A stretch of DNA of 64,000 nucleotides from Trypanosoma brucei. Lineage: Eukaryota. The position numbers and the translations under genes were made by a program. Position 1 is the stretch's first letter; each line of letters opens with the position of its first letter. The notes below the pieces were generated by a model. It ran no database searches, had not been told where the DNA came from, and saw only the letters and a list, made by a program, of their open reading frames with translations. Below are positions 18,922 to 29,384 of this stretch, piece after piece. The DNA lies in contig CP000070.1 of NCBI GenBank assembly GCA_000002445.1, positions 256,001 to 320,000 on the forward strand. Reading direction: 5' to 3'.

Positions 18922-19341
18922 GTTCAGATTGTTGGTGCCCTTTAGGGCGTTACCTTCTGAGTCTGTCGCGGTCATTTCCCGCTGTCGACTTATATTCACA
19001 TATTTTTTACCTGTTTGAAATGGACACCACCCCTTCTTCTTGTAGTCGCGGGGCATTCGACATGAGGATGATTGTGTTTTGTCCAGTGGATGGAGTTCAA
19101 CTCCAAACATAGCTTACTTCCGGGACCTTTCCTATCCTTCCTGTCTCTTTTTTTTTTGTTTACGGTCTCCTCCATTACTCTCCGTCCTCTTTCGTGGCGC
19201 CTATAGCAAAGACAACGTGAGGGTTAGTGCGTGAGACGCTGGATTTTCCTCTGTTGGTACTGAATCAGTCGAGGGATTGCGAAGGTTAGTGCGCTCACGC
19301 GTGCAAAGCGCAAACATTACCTATTACCAACAGCAACATCT

Positions 19342-20490
19342 GTGTTGGGGCAACTGTGCCTTTCTTTATTTTCTGGCGCAGCAGTCCCATACCTCCCCTG
19401 TTCACGAATGATGCAACGTTGCGGCACTTCACTGAGTCGCCTGTGCTTCCGCCGCTTATTGCGTACACCACTCCTTGTTTATTCTATACCACCAATTCGT
19501 GATGTGCCATCGGGGATAGCACACTGCCCATTGAGCTGCAGCATGCGTATGGTCACTTCTTCGAATGATGACGAGTTTGTGTTTGATCCTACTCTCAGTA
19601 TCCAGAAGGACGCCGCGATACACACGGCCAAGAAAAGCTTCGAAACTATTGTACTCGAGTATGTTCCTGCGCACGCTCCCGAGGAGGCGAGGCAGAAGGT
19701 GAAGTCGTACCTGACCCAGCACCCAATCGACATACTTATAACGCAACCTAAGGTGCAAATCACTCACTTGGAAGACGCAGAGTCGGGGGCAGAGACAAAA
19801 GTTTCATTGAGTCCGTGTGACCTTCCCGAGGCGCTGCAGCAGGCAAGGGAGCGTGGGATGAATCTCGTTCAAATGGGGGCGCGTGGAGATGTGGCGTACT
19901 GCAGGATCCGCCGTGAGTCCGCCCGCATTCTGAGTCTCATACACACCGAACTTGAGGCCCTTCGCGAGCAGGAGGAGAAACAACAGGGGAAAGGACGCGG
20001 TGGGGTGCAGGCAGCGGCTAAAATGGGTGAGCTCATTGACCACACATTCCGTGACGCAGTGGATGCCCATTTTGTTGGGTGGCGAAGCAAGAAAATAGTG
20101 GAAGATATCAGGAGGCGGCACCCGGTGAAGTTGACTATCAAGGAGTTTCAATCACCCGAGTGTGCTATCGGTAAGCTTAGGGAGATGTGCCAGGCGATGC
20201 AGCATTACGCACAGGAGAAGGTCATATACCACCACTTCACCAGCATCGTGGCAAATGATCGCGAAGCAAGTATTACTTTTGCCCCTGCGCTGCCCATGGC
20301 CAAGAGTGATTCGTGGAAACATATAAAGTACCCGGGCGAGAAGGAATGGACTAATGCTTTGAGGCGAATGGAAGATGCGTGTCGTAAAAGTGGGCGTTAT
20401 GGCACGTATGCAAAAAGCAACAAACTCAAGTTGCGCTCCTTGGGTCAGACATCATATCGTGTAGACAAATACGGGAGGAAGATGGATTAA
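19342..20490 (+). CDS. Hypothetical protein. The N-terminus resembles a mitochondrial targeting sequence.
   Basis: 382-aa ORF. A second Met gives MMQRCGTSLSRLCFRRLLRTPLL, which is Arg-rich and amphipathic. No recognisable domain. Confidence 0.4.
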   Translation: MLGQLCLSLFSGAAVPYLPCSRMMQRCGTSLSRLCFRRLLRTPLLVYSIPPIRDVPSGIAHCPLSCSMRMVTSSNDDEFVFDPTLSIQKDAAIHTAKKSFETIVLEYVPAHAPEEARQKVKSYLTQHPIDILITQPKVQITHLEDAESGAETKVSLSPCDLPEALQQARERGMNLVQMGARGDVAYCRIRRESARILSLIHTELEALREQEEKQQGKGRGGVQAAAKMGELIDHTFRDAVDAHFVGWRSKKIVEDIRRRHPVKLTIKEFQSPECAIGKLREMCQAMQHYAQEKVIYHHFTSIVANDREASITFAPALPMAKSDSWKHIKYPGEKEWTNALRRMEDACRKSGRYGTYAKSNKLKLRSLGQTSYRVDKYGRKMD

Positions 20491-20545
20491 TGAAAGGGAG
20501 GAAACTGAGGCTTCATGACAACCCAAAAGCATATTGTGAAGGGGT

Positions 20546-20566
20546 GATGGTGATGGTGATGGTGAT
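20546..20566 (+). repeat. (GGTGAT)n short tandem repeat
   Basis: Direct read: ggtgatggtgatggtgatggtgat. Confidence 0.6.
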
Positions 20567-21346
20567 AGCTTTGTTTTCAGTTGTGTGTGGACATTTTTTT
20601 TTTGTATCGGGCATCATGTTTTGTTTTCCCTTGTTCACCAGCGAGCACGGGCGCGAGAGTGAGCAAGTATTCAACTTGTGCATTTTGTATTCCTCTGGCG
20701 TCGACAGCGCACTGGATTGTGTGACTGCTGGGCCACAACGAGTCCGCCTTGCTGTTTGGGAGTTTGTTCCGTTCATACCTTCAGTTCCGCGCTCTATTTG
20801 TTTTATTGAACAGAAATTAGGGAGAACACATGTGGGGGATGGAGGCATATGTTAGCCCATGTGGGAAGTGGAATAGTGTATGCTTACTCTGTGTATTATA
20901 AAGGTTCTTTGTTGTTGGTTGCAGTATTGTTGGGAACAATGGAGTGGGGAGAAAATGTGCATTCTTCAGTAAGTTACGATGAGATGTCGCATGTATTGGA
21001 CATGTCTGCTTACCCTTCAGCATAAATTACTCCACTCTGGCAATGGCGTGCACTCATGTGCGGTATTTCTCGCTGAGCCTCTTATCCTTTATCGTGATTT
21101 ATTGCCCACACCTTTATTTTTGCCGATGTTACCGGAGAGGGTATCCACGTGTATACAAGAGTGTAAAAAGAAAATGGATCGTGAGCGCCAATGGCTTAAA
21201 GAGGTGTGGGTGAGTGGGTAGTTCGTGCGGCCAATAGGTTGTGTTTCACGTAATATCAAAGAAGTCTTCTCGTTCAGGGTGCCGGCCCACTCGCGCTGAG
21301 TTTGGTTTCGGGCTGTAATAAACGCGAAGCTAACGCTTCACGAAAC

Positions 21347-21396
21347 TTCTCTTTCTTTTCCTCATTTTTTAAATTCTTTGTGCCGCTTCCTCAGCT
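21347..21396 (+). promoter_or_regulatory. Polypyrimidine tract / SL acceptor region upstream of the SNF2-RING gene
   Basis: ttctctttcttttcctcattttttaaattctttgtgccgcttcctcAGc. Confidence 0.35.
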
Positions 21397-21534
21397 ACAT
21401 GTTAAGGGTGAGGCTCTGTTTGGCTTCCAATTTTTTTTGGTTTTGGGGCTTTCTATGACTTTATTTGAGAACTGCATCGTCTTTCCACCAAGCATCAAAA
21501 AGAAGTACCAAGAGGCTTGCGCGGTCGTGAGTAA

Positions 21535-24500
21535 ATGCCACCGAGGAAGAGAAGCAAGCGGCCACGAGACCAAGAACAGTCCGCTGAAGCTGAGACAGCA
21601 ACGACAGGAATCGAATCACTGGTGGGTCGTGAAGGGGACCCCATTACACATGATTTCATTGACGAATGCAACGGTGATGAAAGTGATTCGGATAACCAGA
21701 TATTAGCAGCTTCATTCAAGAAGCGGACGAAACGCCGAGCTGAAAAGATGGTGGGCAACGGGAACGACACTGTGCTGACTGATGGTGACGATGATGAGTG
21801 TATCGCTGAGCAGGAAGACAAGGTAACGAAAGCGCTACAGGCACGACTGCGGTGTGGAATGCAGCGCTTTGCAACGTCGGCAACGAATCAGGGGGGACTA
21901 GTCAAACCCTCCGGGCCACCGAGTTCAGTTGCAGCCGCCGCTCAACGTAGTACGACCACGAAAAGGGATAATCTCACTAACAGCCGGCGTCAGGAGATTT
22001 TTGTTGAGCACGTGAAGCACTTTATGCGATACACGGTGATTGCCGATAAGGCCCGGAAGTTGGTTTCGCTCGAAGAACGGCCGAAGGAGGATCCAGATGT
22101 TGGGAACGACCGCGTAGAACTACTGCGGATTCACGTGTCCTTGCCATGCGTATGGCGCTACATACTGCACGAGTGGGAGCGAGTGGAAGAAGCGTCTAAG
22201 AAATCATCGTCGTTGGCAGCATCCCGTGATGCCTCAGTGAGCAGACTCGTGAGTTTATTCATGAAGTGCCTTAACTCTTTAGATGGCATTCACGCGCTTC
22301 TATTCATTGCTTGTGCAGCTTGCCGTGCGTTGGATTTGACGGGCGGCGTAACGAGCGTTCTATTGCACTTGTTGCTGGAGACTGGTCGCGTGGAGGAGGA
22401 CCGCCTTTTGAAATCAGATAGTGGGGAGCTCGTGTACAAGGCGATCGAAGAAATTGATAAGGAAATGCATAGTCGGTTTGGGGGCAGCGACTGTTGTTAT
22501 TTCCAGACTCACTCGTACCTTTTGTTGTTAATATGGTACACCCAAAGGGATGTGTCCGACAACGGAGGTCCTCTGAAAATGAGCCACCAAGTCGTCCTTT
22601 CACAGGCATTTGTGAAGGCGACATCGCCTTACCAAACGGCGCGCACGCGAAGGGGAAGTAAAGCAGCGGCTTCTGTTGCTCCCTCTGAGGAATCAGGGAA
22701 GAGAAAGCCGCGCGGCCGGCGCTGCGCGGGAAGCAGCGAAGACGGTGCCGCGTTATCAGGTTTTGATCGGCATGCGACTTTGGTGACGGAGGTGCAGGAG
22801 CATGAGACGAGGTGGGCGGAAGACAGTTCCAAATTCCTTTTCAGTTTGTACGCTCTTCAAAATGCCAGCGGTAGTGCCTCCTACGGCATGAAGAAACTGG
22901 CGCTCCGGGAGGTCATGGGAGCCGTGTTCCTCTTCCACCGCGTCCTTTCTGAAAGCGGAGTGAATGACTTCCTATTGGAATCAAAGGAAAGCCGCATAAG
23001 GGAGTTACATGAATGGTCGTTGTCAAAAGGCTTTGTCACGCCCCCTCTCACACATGGTGGTGAGAGCAGCAACAACGGTACCACTGTTAACAGCTTTGCT
23101 TCAACTGATGTTGGAGAGGATGGTCTGAACGTAATGAGTATGGCCGGAAGGACCTACCGTGAATGTACTGACGTGGAGAGAAGTTTTCCACGCGTGGCGA
23201 ATGCGCGAGCTATGCTTCAACACGTCACGCAGATTGCTGCCGCTAATTACCGTGGGAACACACGTGCAGTAGGGGAGGGGTTCCCCCATGAGTATATTCG
23301 GGCACGTCTGCATCCTCACCAAGTAGAGAGCCTCGCTTACATGCTTGAACGGGAAACGCGTGGTCTGGCACAGTACGTTGAACTTCGTGGCTTCTTTGAA
23401 GCTACCTCAGGCTTACCCTCAGAAGTTGCGGATCGAAGTGCAGGAAGAGGGAGCAGAGAGTTTTCACTCTTCTACTCTTCCATGTCCTCTGAGTGGTTCA
23501 TTGTGCGCAGTGATTCTTTGTCTGCTCGCTTCGCTCGTCGAGCACTGCATTGCGGTTTTTTATGTGATGAAATGGGATTGGGTAAAACGCTGGTAGTGCT
23601 CTCCCTGTGTGCAACCGCAAAGAAGCGTGCCATTGAGTTGGAGGAAACAGAAGTACCGACGGTCACCACATTAGGCACCGTGAAGGGGTCTAATGTGGGT
23701 GCCGTCAACAAGGCATTTGCAGAGAGTGATGCCGGCACGGCGGGCGCAGGTGAGGATGAACCGATCTATTTGTGGCGACACATCCGGGTTCGTAAAACAG
23801 GTGCACCGTGGTCAGATATGTTGGAGGTTTTATACGGCAGCTTACCGCAGCCGGTGTACCTTCCCACACCAAAGCCGCTTCCGAAAACGACCCTTGTGGT
23901 GGTGCCGCTCTCACTATTGATTCAGTGGGTGTCGGAAATTGATCGCTTTTATCCACTTGCTCGATACATATTGTTTCACGGCCCATCGCGGCAGCGCTAC
24001 ACCTATGAAGACTTTTGCTCTGCCGATTTTGTGATCACCACGTACGAAACCGTCGGTGCCCACCTGCGAGTGGAGACAGATGCAGCGTTTCGTCTTCTAA
24101 CTATGACGCTGCCGTATATGGAACATAAAGATGCTTCCTTGGCGCAGTGGGATACCTTTTGCCGCGGATGTAACGAACGTCGGGCCCGGGCAGCGTCAGC
24201 GTCCCAAGGGGTAAATGACTGCGATGGATCCGCTGATGTCTTCGATAGCATTCTTAGCCTGTTTGAATCGGCCCGGAGGCAAGTAGTTCTGGAGGCGGAA
24301 GGGGCACCGCCCGGTCCGACACTTGACTTTGTTTCTCAGTGGGACAAAACGTTTCGAGAGTTCCTGCGGAGTGACGTTCTTTACCTGACGGATTTCGTCT
24401 TTGAACGCATTATACTTGACGAATCGCAGAAGTGCTCGAAGACCTCCAGGCTTCAGTACCTCCAGGCTCGCCGACGATGGGTTGTGTCGGGAACACCCAT

Positions 24501-26373
24501 CAACAACAACGACGTCAACTCTCTTCAACCTTTATTTAAGTTCCTGTGGGCCGAGCTTAGTCCATCGTATTCTGTGTCTCCACTAAGCGCGTTTTATTGC
24601 TCCTCTTACGACAAACAGCGGCACATGATCTCCGCCCTCAACGCATTCAGAAGTTCGAGGAAGATGGCACGATATGCGATTAACAGCTTTTACGTCGGCC
24701 GTCACTCAAAGTCGTCCCCAAGTGACACACGACATGTCCTGACCCAACCGGCAATAAGGAAGCCACTGTGCATGTGTAGGCTCTGCAATCCGTTTACTAA
24801 GCAAACAGTTTATCCGAAATCCCCTGTGCTCACTTTGAAGGATGCATTGTATCGTCGTGTAACGTCCGCTGCAAGCGAGGAAGAAACCGAGGGATTCATT
24901 TCCGACCGTGGTGGTTTGTTCCGGTCGTGGCGGTTTTCTGTGCCCTTGACACATCTGATGGTCCGTCATGAGAAAACGGAGGAGCTGCAGAGGGCTCTGC
25001 AACTTTCTCCTGTCACCGAAGCGCATGTGGAGGTTCCACTACTGGACGGCGAGCGCTTTCTCTATGATTACGCGGGAGACGTTGTAGCTCGGGGCGTTGC
25101 ACTTTTGCAACGCCAGGGGTTGGTGGGAAACTGTTCAGCGAAGCTGCTGTCATGGGTCTGCTTACTTGGCCGTATGGCGTTGCATCCTTCAACAGCCTTC
25201 GCTGACGTCCGAAACAGTGATCAAGCACTGTATGTGCAGTCCCATCAGAAAAATGAGCAAGTCGCTTCCAACTTCCTGAGTTCAGTTGTTTCCGTAACAC
25301 CTAACGACGCGTTGGCGTACGCTAGGAAGCTTATCGCGAACCGGCTTAATACTACGGGAACCAGGAAAGGTCGGGGTGAAACCAATGTGTTGGTTCCCCC
25401 GGAGACGACGGTGGAGACACTGCGCAAACTGACGCTTGATCCCCCTGAAGTTCCAGAGTGCGCCATATGTCTCGATACTATGCTCCACCCAACCTTACTA
25501 AGCTGCTTCCATCTATTTTGTAAGGAGTGTCTGTTTGCGACGATACAGGTGGCGAGACCAACACTTTCAAACGAAACTACCGCCCGCTGCCCTCATTGTA
25601 GAAACCCCAAAAGCATGAGGGAAAAAATGATGGTAATTCAGGTGGAAAATACGCAAGTAAGCACGCTGGGTGCACTCCAAGATGAGGGCATGGCGCCCCC
25701 CAACGGTGAAAACGTTTCTCACGAAGAACTGAAGCGACGGGTTGATGCTGTTGGGCGCGGTAGTCGAATTCCAAGGCTGATTCAACTGCTTGAAGACATA
25801 TGGGATGAGGCCCCAGACGACAACGTGTTGGTGTTCTCAAAGGTGCCAGCGATCCTGCAAATGGGAGAGGCAGCCCTAAAGGAGGCTGGCTACCAAAACG
25901 TACACGTGATCGATAATCACGTAACTTTGGTTCAGCGGAAGAAAATTTTCGCCCAGCTCCACGCCAATGCAGCGACCACCGCCTCAGCAACAGGGTCGGC
26001 CTCAGGAAGCACGCCTTCGGGTAACAACCGAGGACACGTGCTGTTTCTCTCTTCCCGGGTTGCATGCTCAGGGCTCAATTTGGTCTTTGCGAACCGCTTG
26101 ATTTTTATGGAACCCAACCTCAACCCAGCCCAGCACCAGCAGGCAGTTGGTCGCATTGACCGTTGCGGACAGTTGAAGAGAACATATGTGTATGTAATGT
26201 ATGCACCTCGCACTATTGAGGAGAGGATCATGAATCGGACCTCAGCTCTGCTGCAGGAGGCAAGTCAAGGTACTTTTCCTGACGTAGCAACAGGTCGAGG
26301 GGCTCCGGCAGGAAATACCTCTTCAATGGGACAAAGCGAGTTAATTACTTTACTTCAAGCGCAACAAGCGTGA
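21535..26373 (+). CDS. SNF2-family DNA-dependent ATPase with a C3HC4 RING finger inserted between the helicase lobes (RAD5/RAD16/HLTF-like architecture)
   Basis: 1612 aa. Motif I is FLCDEMGLGKTLVVL. Motif II is ERIILDESQKCSK. Motif III is RWVVSGTPINN. The RING is CAICLDTMLHPTLLSCFHLFCKECL...CPHCR. The helicase-C motifs are VLFLSSRVACSGLNLVFANRLIFMEPNLNPAQHQQAVGRIDRCGQ. There is an N-terminal basic NLS-like stretch (MPPRKRSKRPRD). Confidence 0.85.
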   Translation: MPPRKRSKRPRDQEQSAEAETATTGIESLVGREGDPITHDFIDECNGDESDSDNQILAASFKKRTKRRAEKMVGNGNDTVLTDGDDDECIAEQEDKVTKALQARLRCGMQRFATSATNQGGLVKPSGPPSSVAAAAQRSTTTKRDNLTNSRRQEIFVEHVKHFMRYTVIADKARKLVSLEERPKEDPDVGNDRVELLRIHVSLPCVWRYILHEWERVEEASKKSSSLAASRDASVSRLVSLFMKCLNSLDGIHALLFIACAACRALDLTGGVTSVLLHLLLETGRVEEDRLLKSDSGELVYKAIEEIDKEMHSRFGGSDCCYFQTHSYLLLLIWYTQRDVSDNGGPLKMSHQVVLSQAFVKATSPYQTARTRRGSKAAASVAPSEESGKRKPRGRRCAGSSEDGAALSGFDRHATLVTEVQEHETRWAEDSSKFLFSLYALQNASGSASYGMKKLALREVMGAVFLFHRVLSESGVNDFLLESKESRIRELHEWSLSKGFVTPPLTHGGESSNNGTTVNSFASTDVGEDGLNVMSMAGRTYRECTDVERSFPRVANARAMLQHVTQIAAANYRGNTRAVGEGFPHEYIRARLHPHQVESLAYMLERETRGLAQYVELRGFFEATSGLPSEVADRSAGRGSREFSLFYSSMSSEWFIVRSDSLSARFARRALHCGFLCDEMGLGKTLVVLSLCATAKKRAIELEETEVPTVTTLGTVKGSNVGAVNKAFAESDAGTAGAGEDEPIYLWRHIRVRKTGAPWSDMLEVLYGSLPQPVYLPTPKPLPKTTLVVVPLSLLIQWVSEIDRFYPLARYILFHGPSRQRYTYEDFCSADFVITTYETVGAHLRVETDAAFRLLTMTLPYMEHKDASLAQWDTFCRGCNERRARAASASQGVNDCDGSADVFDSILSLFESARRQVVLEAEGAPPGPTLDFVSQWDKTFREFLRSDVLYLTDFVFERIILDESQKCSKTSRLQYLQARRRWVVSGTPINNNDVNSLQPLFKFLWAELSPSYSVSPLSAFYCSSYDKQRHMISALNAFRSSRKMARYAINSFYVGRHSKSSPSDTRHVLTQPAIRKPLCMCRLCNPFTKQTVYPKSPVLTLKDALYRRVTSAASEEETEGFISDRGGLFRSWRFSVPLTHLMVRHEKTEELQRALQLSPVTEAHVEVPLLDGERFLYDYAGDVVARGVALLQRQGLVGNCSAKLLSWVCLLGRMALHPSTAFADVRNSDQALYVQSHQKNEQVASNFLSSVVSVTPNDALAYARKLIANRLNTTGTRKGRGETNVLVPPETTVETLRKLTLDPPEVPECAICLDTMLHPTLLSCFHLFCKECLFATIQVARPTLSNETTARCPHCRNPKSMREKMMVIQVENTQVSTLGALQDEGMAPPNGENVSHEELKRRVDAVGRGSRIPRLIQLLEDIWDEAPDDNVLVFSKVPAILQMGEAALKEAGYQNVHVIDNHVTLVQRKKIFAQLHANAATTASATGSASGSTPSGNNRGHVLFLSSRVACSGLNLVFANRLIFMEPNLNPAQHQQAVGRIDRCGQLKRTYVYVMYAPRTIEERIMNRTSALLQEASQGTFPDVATGRGAPAGNTSSMGQSELITLLQAQQA

Positions 26374-26849
26374 TGCTGGCATTTTTTTTGCTGTTTCTGA
26401 ATTGACCTCGGGATCGCCGACGATCACACGACCCTCCACCCTCCACCCTCCAAGCCCAAACCCATTTTTTGAGTCGTTTCTTTTTTTTTTTTTTAAATAA
26501 CTATTTTATTTCCTCTCCCTTATATTTGTGACGCCCAGGATATTTTGTTTCTGTTTGGAGACGATTGTTGTGAGTTCTAGAACTGCACCCTGAAAAAGGA
26601 TTAAAAAAAAAGGGGGCGATGGGATGTTTGCCATTTTACGTTTTTTTGTTTTTCTTTTTATGTCGTGCATTCTTTTAACGTTTGTTGCCGTCTCCATTTT
26701 GTCTTTGTTTATTATTATTATTTTTTTTTAGGGTTGATTCAGGGGTGGTGGGTGAGGAGGCCCTTGGCGGGGAATTTATCTCTTTCTCTTTTCTTCTGTT
26801 GACTTTGTTTTTCCTTTTATCCACAGGGTAGCGATGAGGCAAGGATGTC

Positions 26850-26854
<5 letters not shown>

Positions 26855-26882
<28 letters not shown>
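26855..26882. repeat. (AT)n microsatellite
   Basis: Direct read: atatatatatatatatatatatatatat. Confidence 0.9.
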
Positions 26883-26890
<8 letters not shown>

Positions 26891-29260
26891 GAAGGAATGT
26901 ACAAACATGAAACAAATAAGCGGATATTTAAATATATAAGTATATATGTACTTGTGTAATGTGAGTGAGTAAATAAATAAGTGAATGAGTCTGCGTGTGT
27001 TTCGAATATTGACGAAGTGAATCTATGAACTAAGTTATGTATTCTTTTCCCCCCTTTCCAGTATCCCTTGTATTTTCGGGCGCTGATGTTCCTTTTGTTC
27101 TGTTCTGTTGTTGTTCTTTTCTAGAGACTTCGTTCCAAAGTACGAAAATGCCTCGTTGGTCTCTTTTCTTGTTCTTATTCTGTCTGTGAGATGCATTGCT
27201 TCATCTTAAATTTTCTGGCTTCACCTTTCGTTTTTTTTTATTGTTTTCGCCTTACTACCGCTTCCGTGACCATCGAGAGGCGCACGTTGCTTTTGTTATG
27301 GTGCCTACGTATGCGTTGCCCATATTCCTTCACATTACATTACATTACATCACTGTTGTGAGCTCAATAACGTACTCAAGGAGACGGCACCACAACGAAC
27401 GAGAGCGAAATGAATAAATGGAGGACAGGTGGCGAAAAAGAAAAAGTAAGAAAAAAGAGGAAAATAATAAAAGAGAAAGAAATAGAGAAGTAGAGAAAAC
27501 AATTACAATAATAAAGCAAAGCATATATCATGACGGTAACTACAATGTCTCGTGCTTTCCCCCACACATCAACGGCCCCCAAAATCTCGTCTTCCAATCA
27601 GTTCTTTCTTTCCTTTTTTGTTTTGTTGTTGTCGGCATTGGCTTTGCTTTATCAACCTATATCTATATCTATCCATATTTATATATTTTTATGATTTGAA
27701 GTGACGCAACCTGCCGGTTCGCTTTATGTTAACTGAGTGGGTGGGAACAAAAGAAATTGTAAATAGCTAATTTTGTTTTCCTTTAATTGGGACAATTTTA
27801 GCGAGTACATGAGATCTTTTCCCCTTCCGTTTTTTTGCCTCTATTGTTTATGACACAAACACAAACACACACACATATGCTCAAAAAGGGGGGAAAAAGA
27901 GAGGAATACTTGTGTATGCACAAAGAAGAAAGAAAAAAAAAGAAGAATGAAATATAGAAGGGAGCTATGGGAAGAGCAATTTTCATTGTGGTTATTTCTA
28001 CTACTATTATGAGGAACGGTAACATTGTTATTATTTAGCTTTAGTGTGCGACTATGTTACCCCATTTTGTGTTTGTTTGTTTAATTGTTATGTTCGTTCT
28101 TATGGATATGTGTAACAAACACATCATCTTTATCTTCTATGCGCCGGGCAGGAATGATCTTGTGAATGGCGTCTTTTGCTTTTTTTTGTATGTGATGGAA
28201 AGAGAGAGTTCAAGAAGGGGGAAGGGGAGTAAAAAAAAATAAATAAAAGAAAACATCATGCTTGCATGCATAAGCATTAATGTATGTCTTTGTGCGTAGT
28301 ACATCGTTGCTCCAGAACACAGAAATGCAATATCTCACCAAAGTAAGGAGAGAGGAGACATAATGCGTGATACTATTTTTTTCTTTTGAAAAAGATGAAA
28401 AAGAGATAAAGCAACAGGGGATGAAAGGTTTAAAATTATGCTTTGCTAATCGGTTACTATTATCACTACGATTATCATTACAATTACTGTTGTCATTTTT
28501 TTTTTTTAAGTTTTAATAAAAAGAAAAGCAACAATACCATCATCGTTGCGTCGTAGAGGATACACACTTCTTTGCTACATCCCCTGTTATTTTTCCATTT
28601 TAAAACAAAATTTGTGGTGCTGACTAATGGAAGTTAAGTGGAGCGCTCATGCACCAACGAAGAAGGACGAGGAGAGGAGGGAAATGCGGAAAGGAAAAGG
28701 AAAAAAGAAAGATCGAAACCTTCAAAGAGAGTCTAAAGGGGTGGCGTGCCGCTTACATAAAAGTAACTCCATACAAGACGTACACAAATATACATATACC
28801 TGTTCATCCTTTGATTTTCCCTTTCTTCCTCTTCTTTTTCATTTCGGCCTTGAAGCGACATTAATACTTAAAGATCCCTTGTTTTACATCTCACAGTTTA
28901 AGATTTGTGAAGAGTGTGCATGTTTTGCTCGGCAATAAATGGGAAAATAAAGACGTGAAATATATGTATGTATGTATATATATGTATTTCGTCCTCTCTC
29001 ACACCCTCGTGTGTTCCACACGCTCAAGGGCGAACTTTTGTTGATTCTTTTTATTATTTTTCTCTTGAATGCTCTTTTACTTCCTCATAAGTTTTTATTA
29101 GGAAGTTTAATTGTTTATTACCCTTTAAAAAAAAATACGTATTTTAATTTGTTTTTGCTGTTTTTTGCGAAAAAAAAATTCACAAAAATTTCGTAAAATA
29201 AGTTGTCTTTTTCCTCCTTTTCTTTTCTTTTTTCTTTTAAATTCGTTCTTCCCGCTGTTT

Positions 29261-29282
29261 ATATATATATATATATATATAT
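29261..29282. repeat. (AT)n microsatellite
   Basis: Direct read. Confidence 0.9.
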
Positions 29283-29384
29283 GTGATGTGCGTGTATTGA
29301 GAAAAGTGGGTTAAGTAGGGAGGTGGAAAAGGGTTCGTTAATCAAATTAGGTTAAACCTGAGAAAATAAAAAGAACGAAAATTT

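Noticed and set aside
21575-21640. tRNA-like T-loop string ggaatcgaatc on the minus strand inside the SNF2 CDS
   Set aside because: No matching acceptor or anticodon stems could be folded around it. It lies within a well-supported protein-coding region.
25577-26065. 162-aa minus-strand ORF inside the SNF2 helicase-C region
   Set aside because: It is antisense to clearly conserved SNF2 helicase-C motifs. The translation is low-complexity and Arg/Pro-rich, typical of GC-rich antisense frames.
27900-28600. Possible C/D-box snoRNA (TGATG-like and CTGA strings) in the long AT-rich gap
   Set aside because: The box-like strings are not at the proper spacing, there are no terminal stems, and there is no tandem cluster organisation typical of trypanosome snoRNA loci. 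AT-rich sequence yields such strings by chance.
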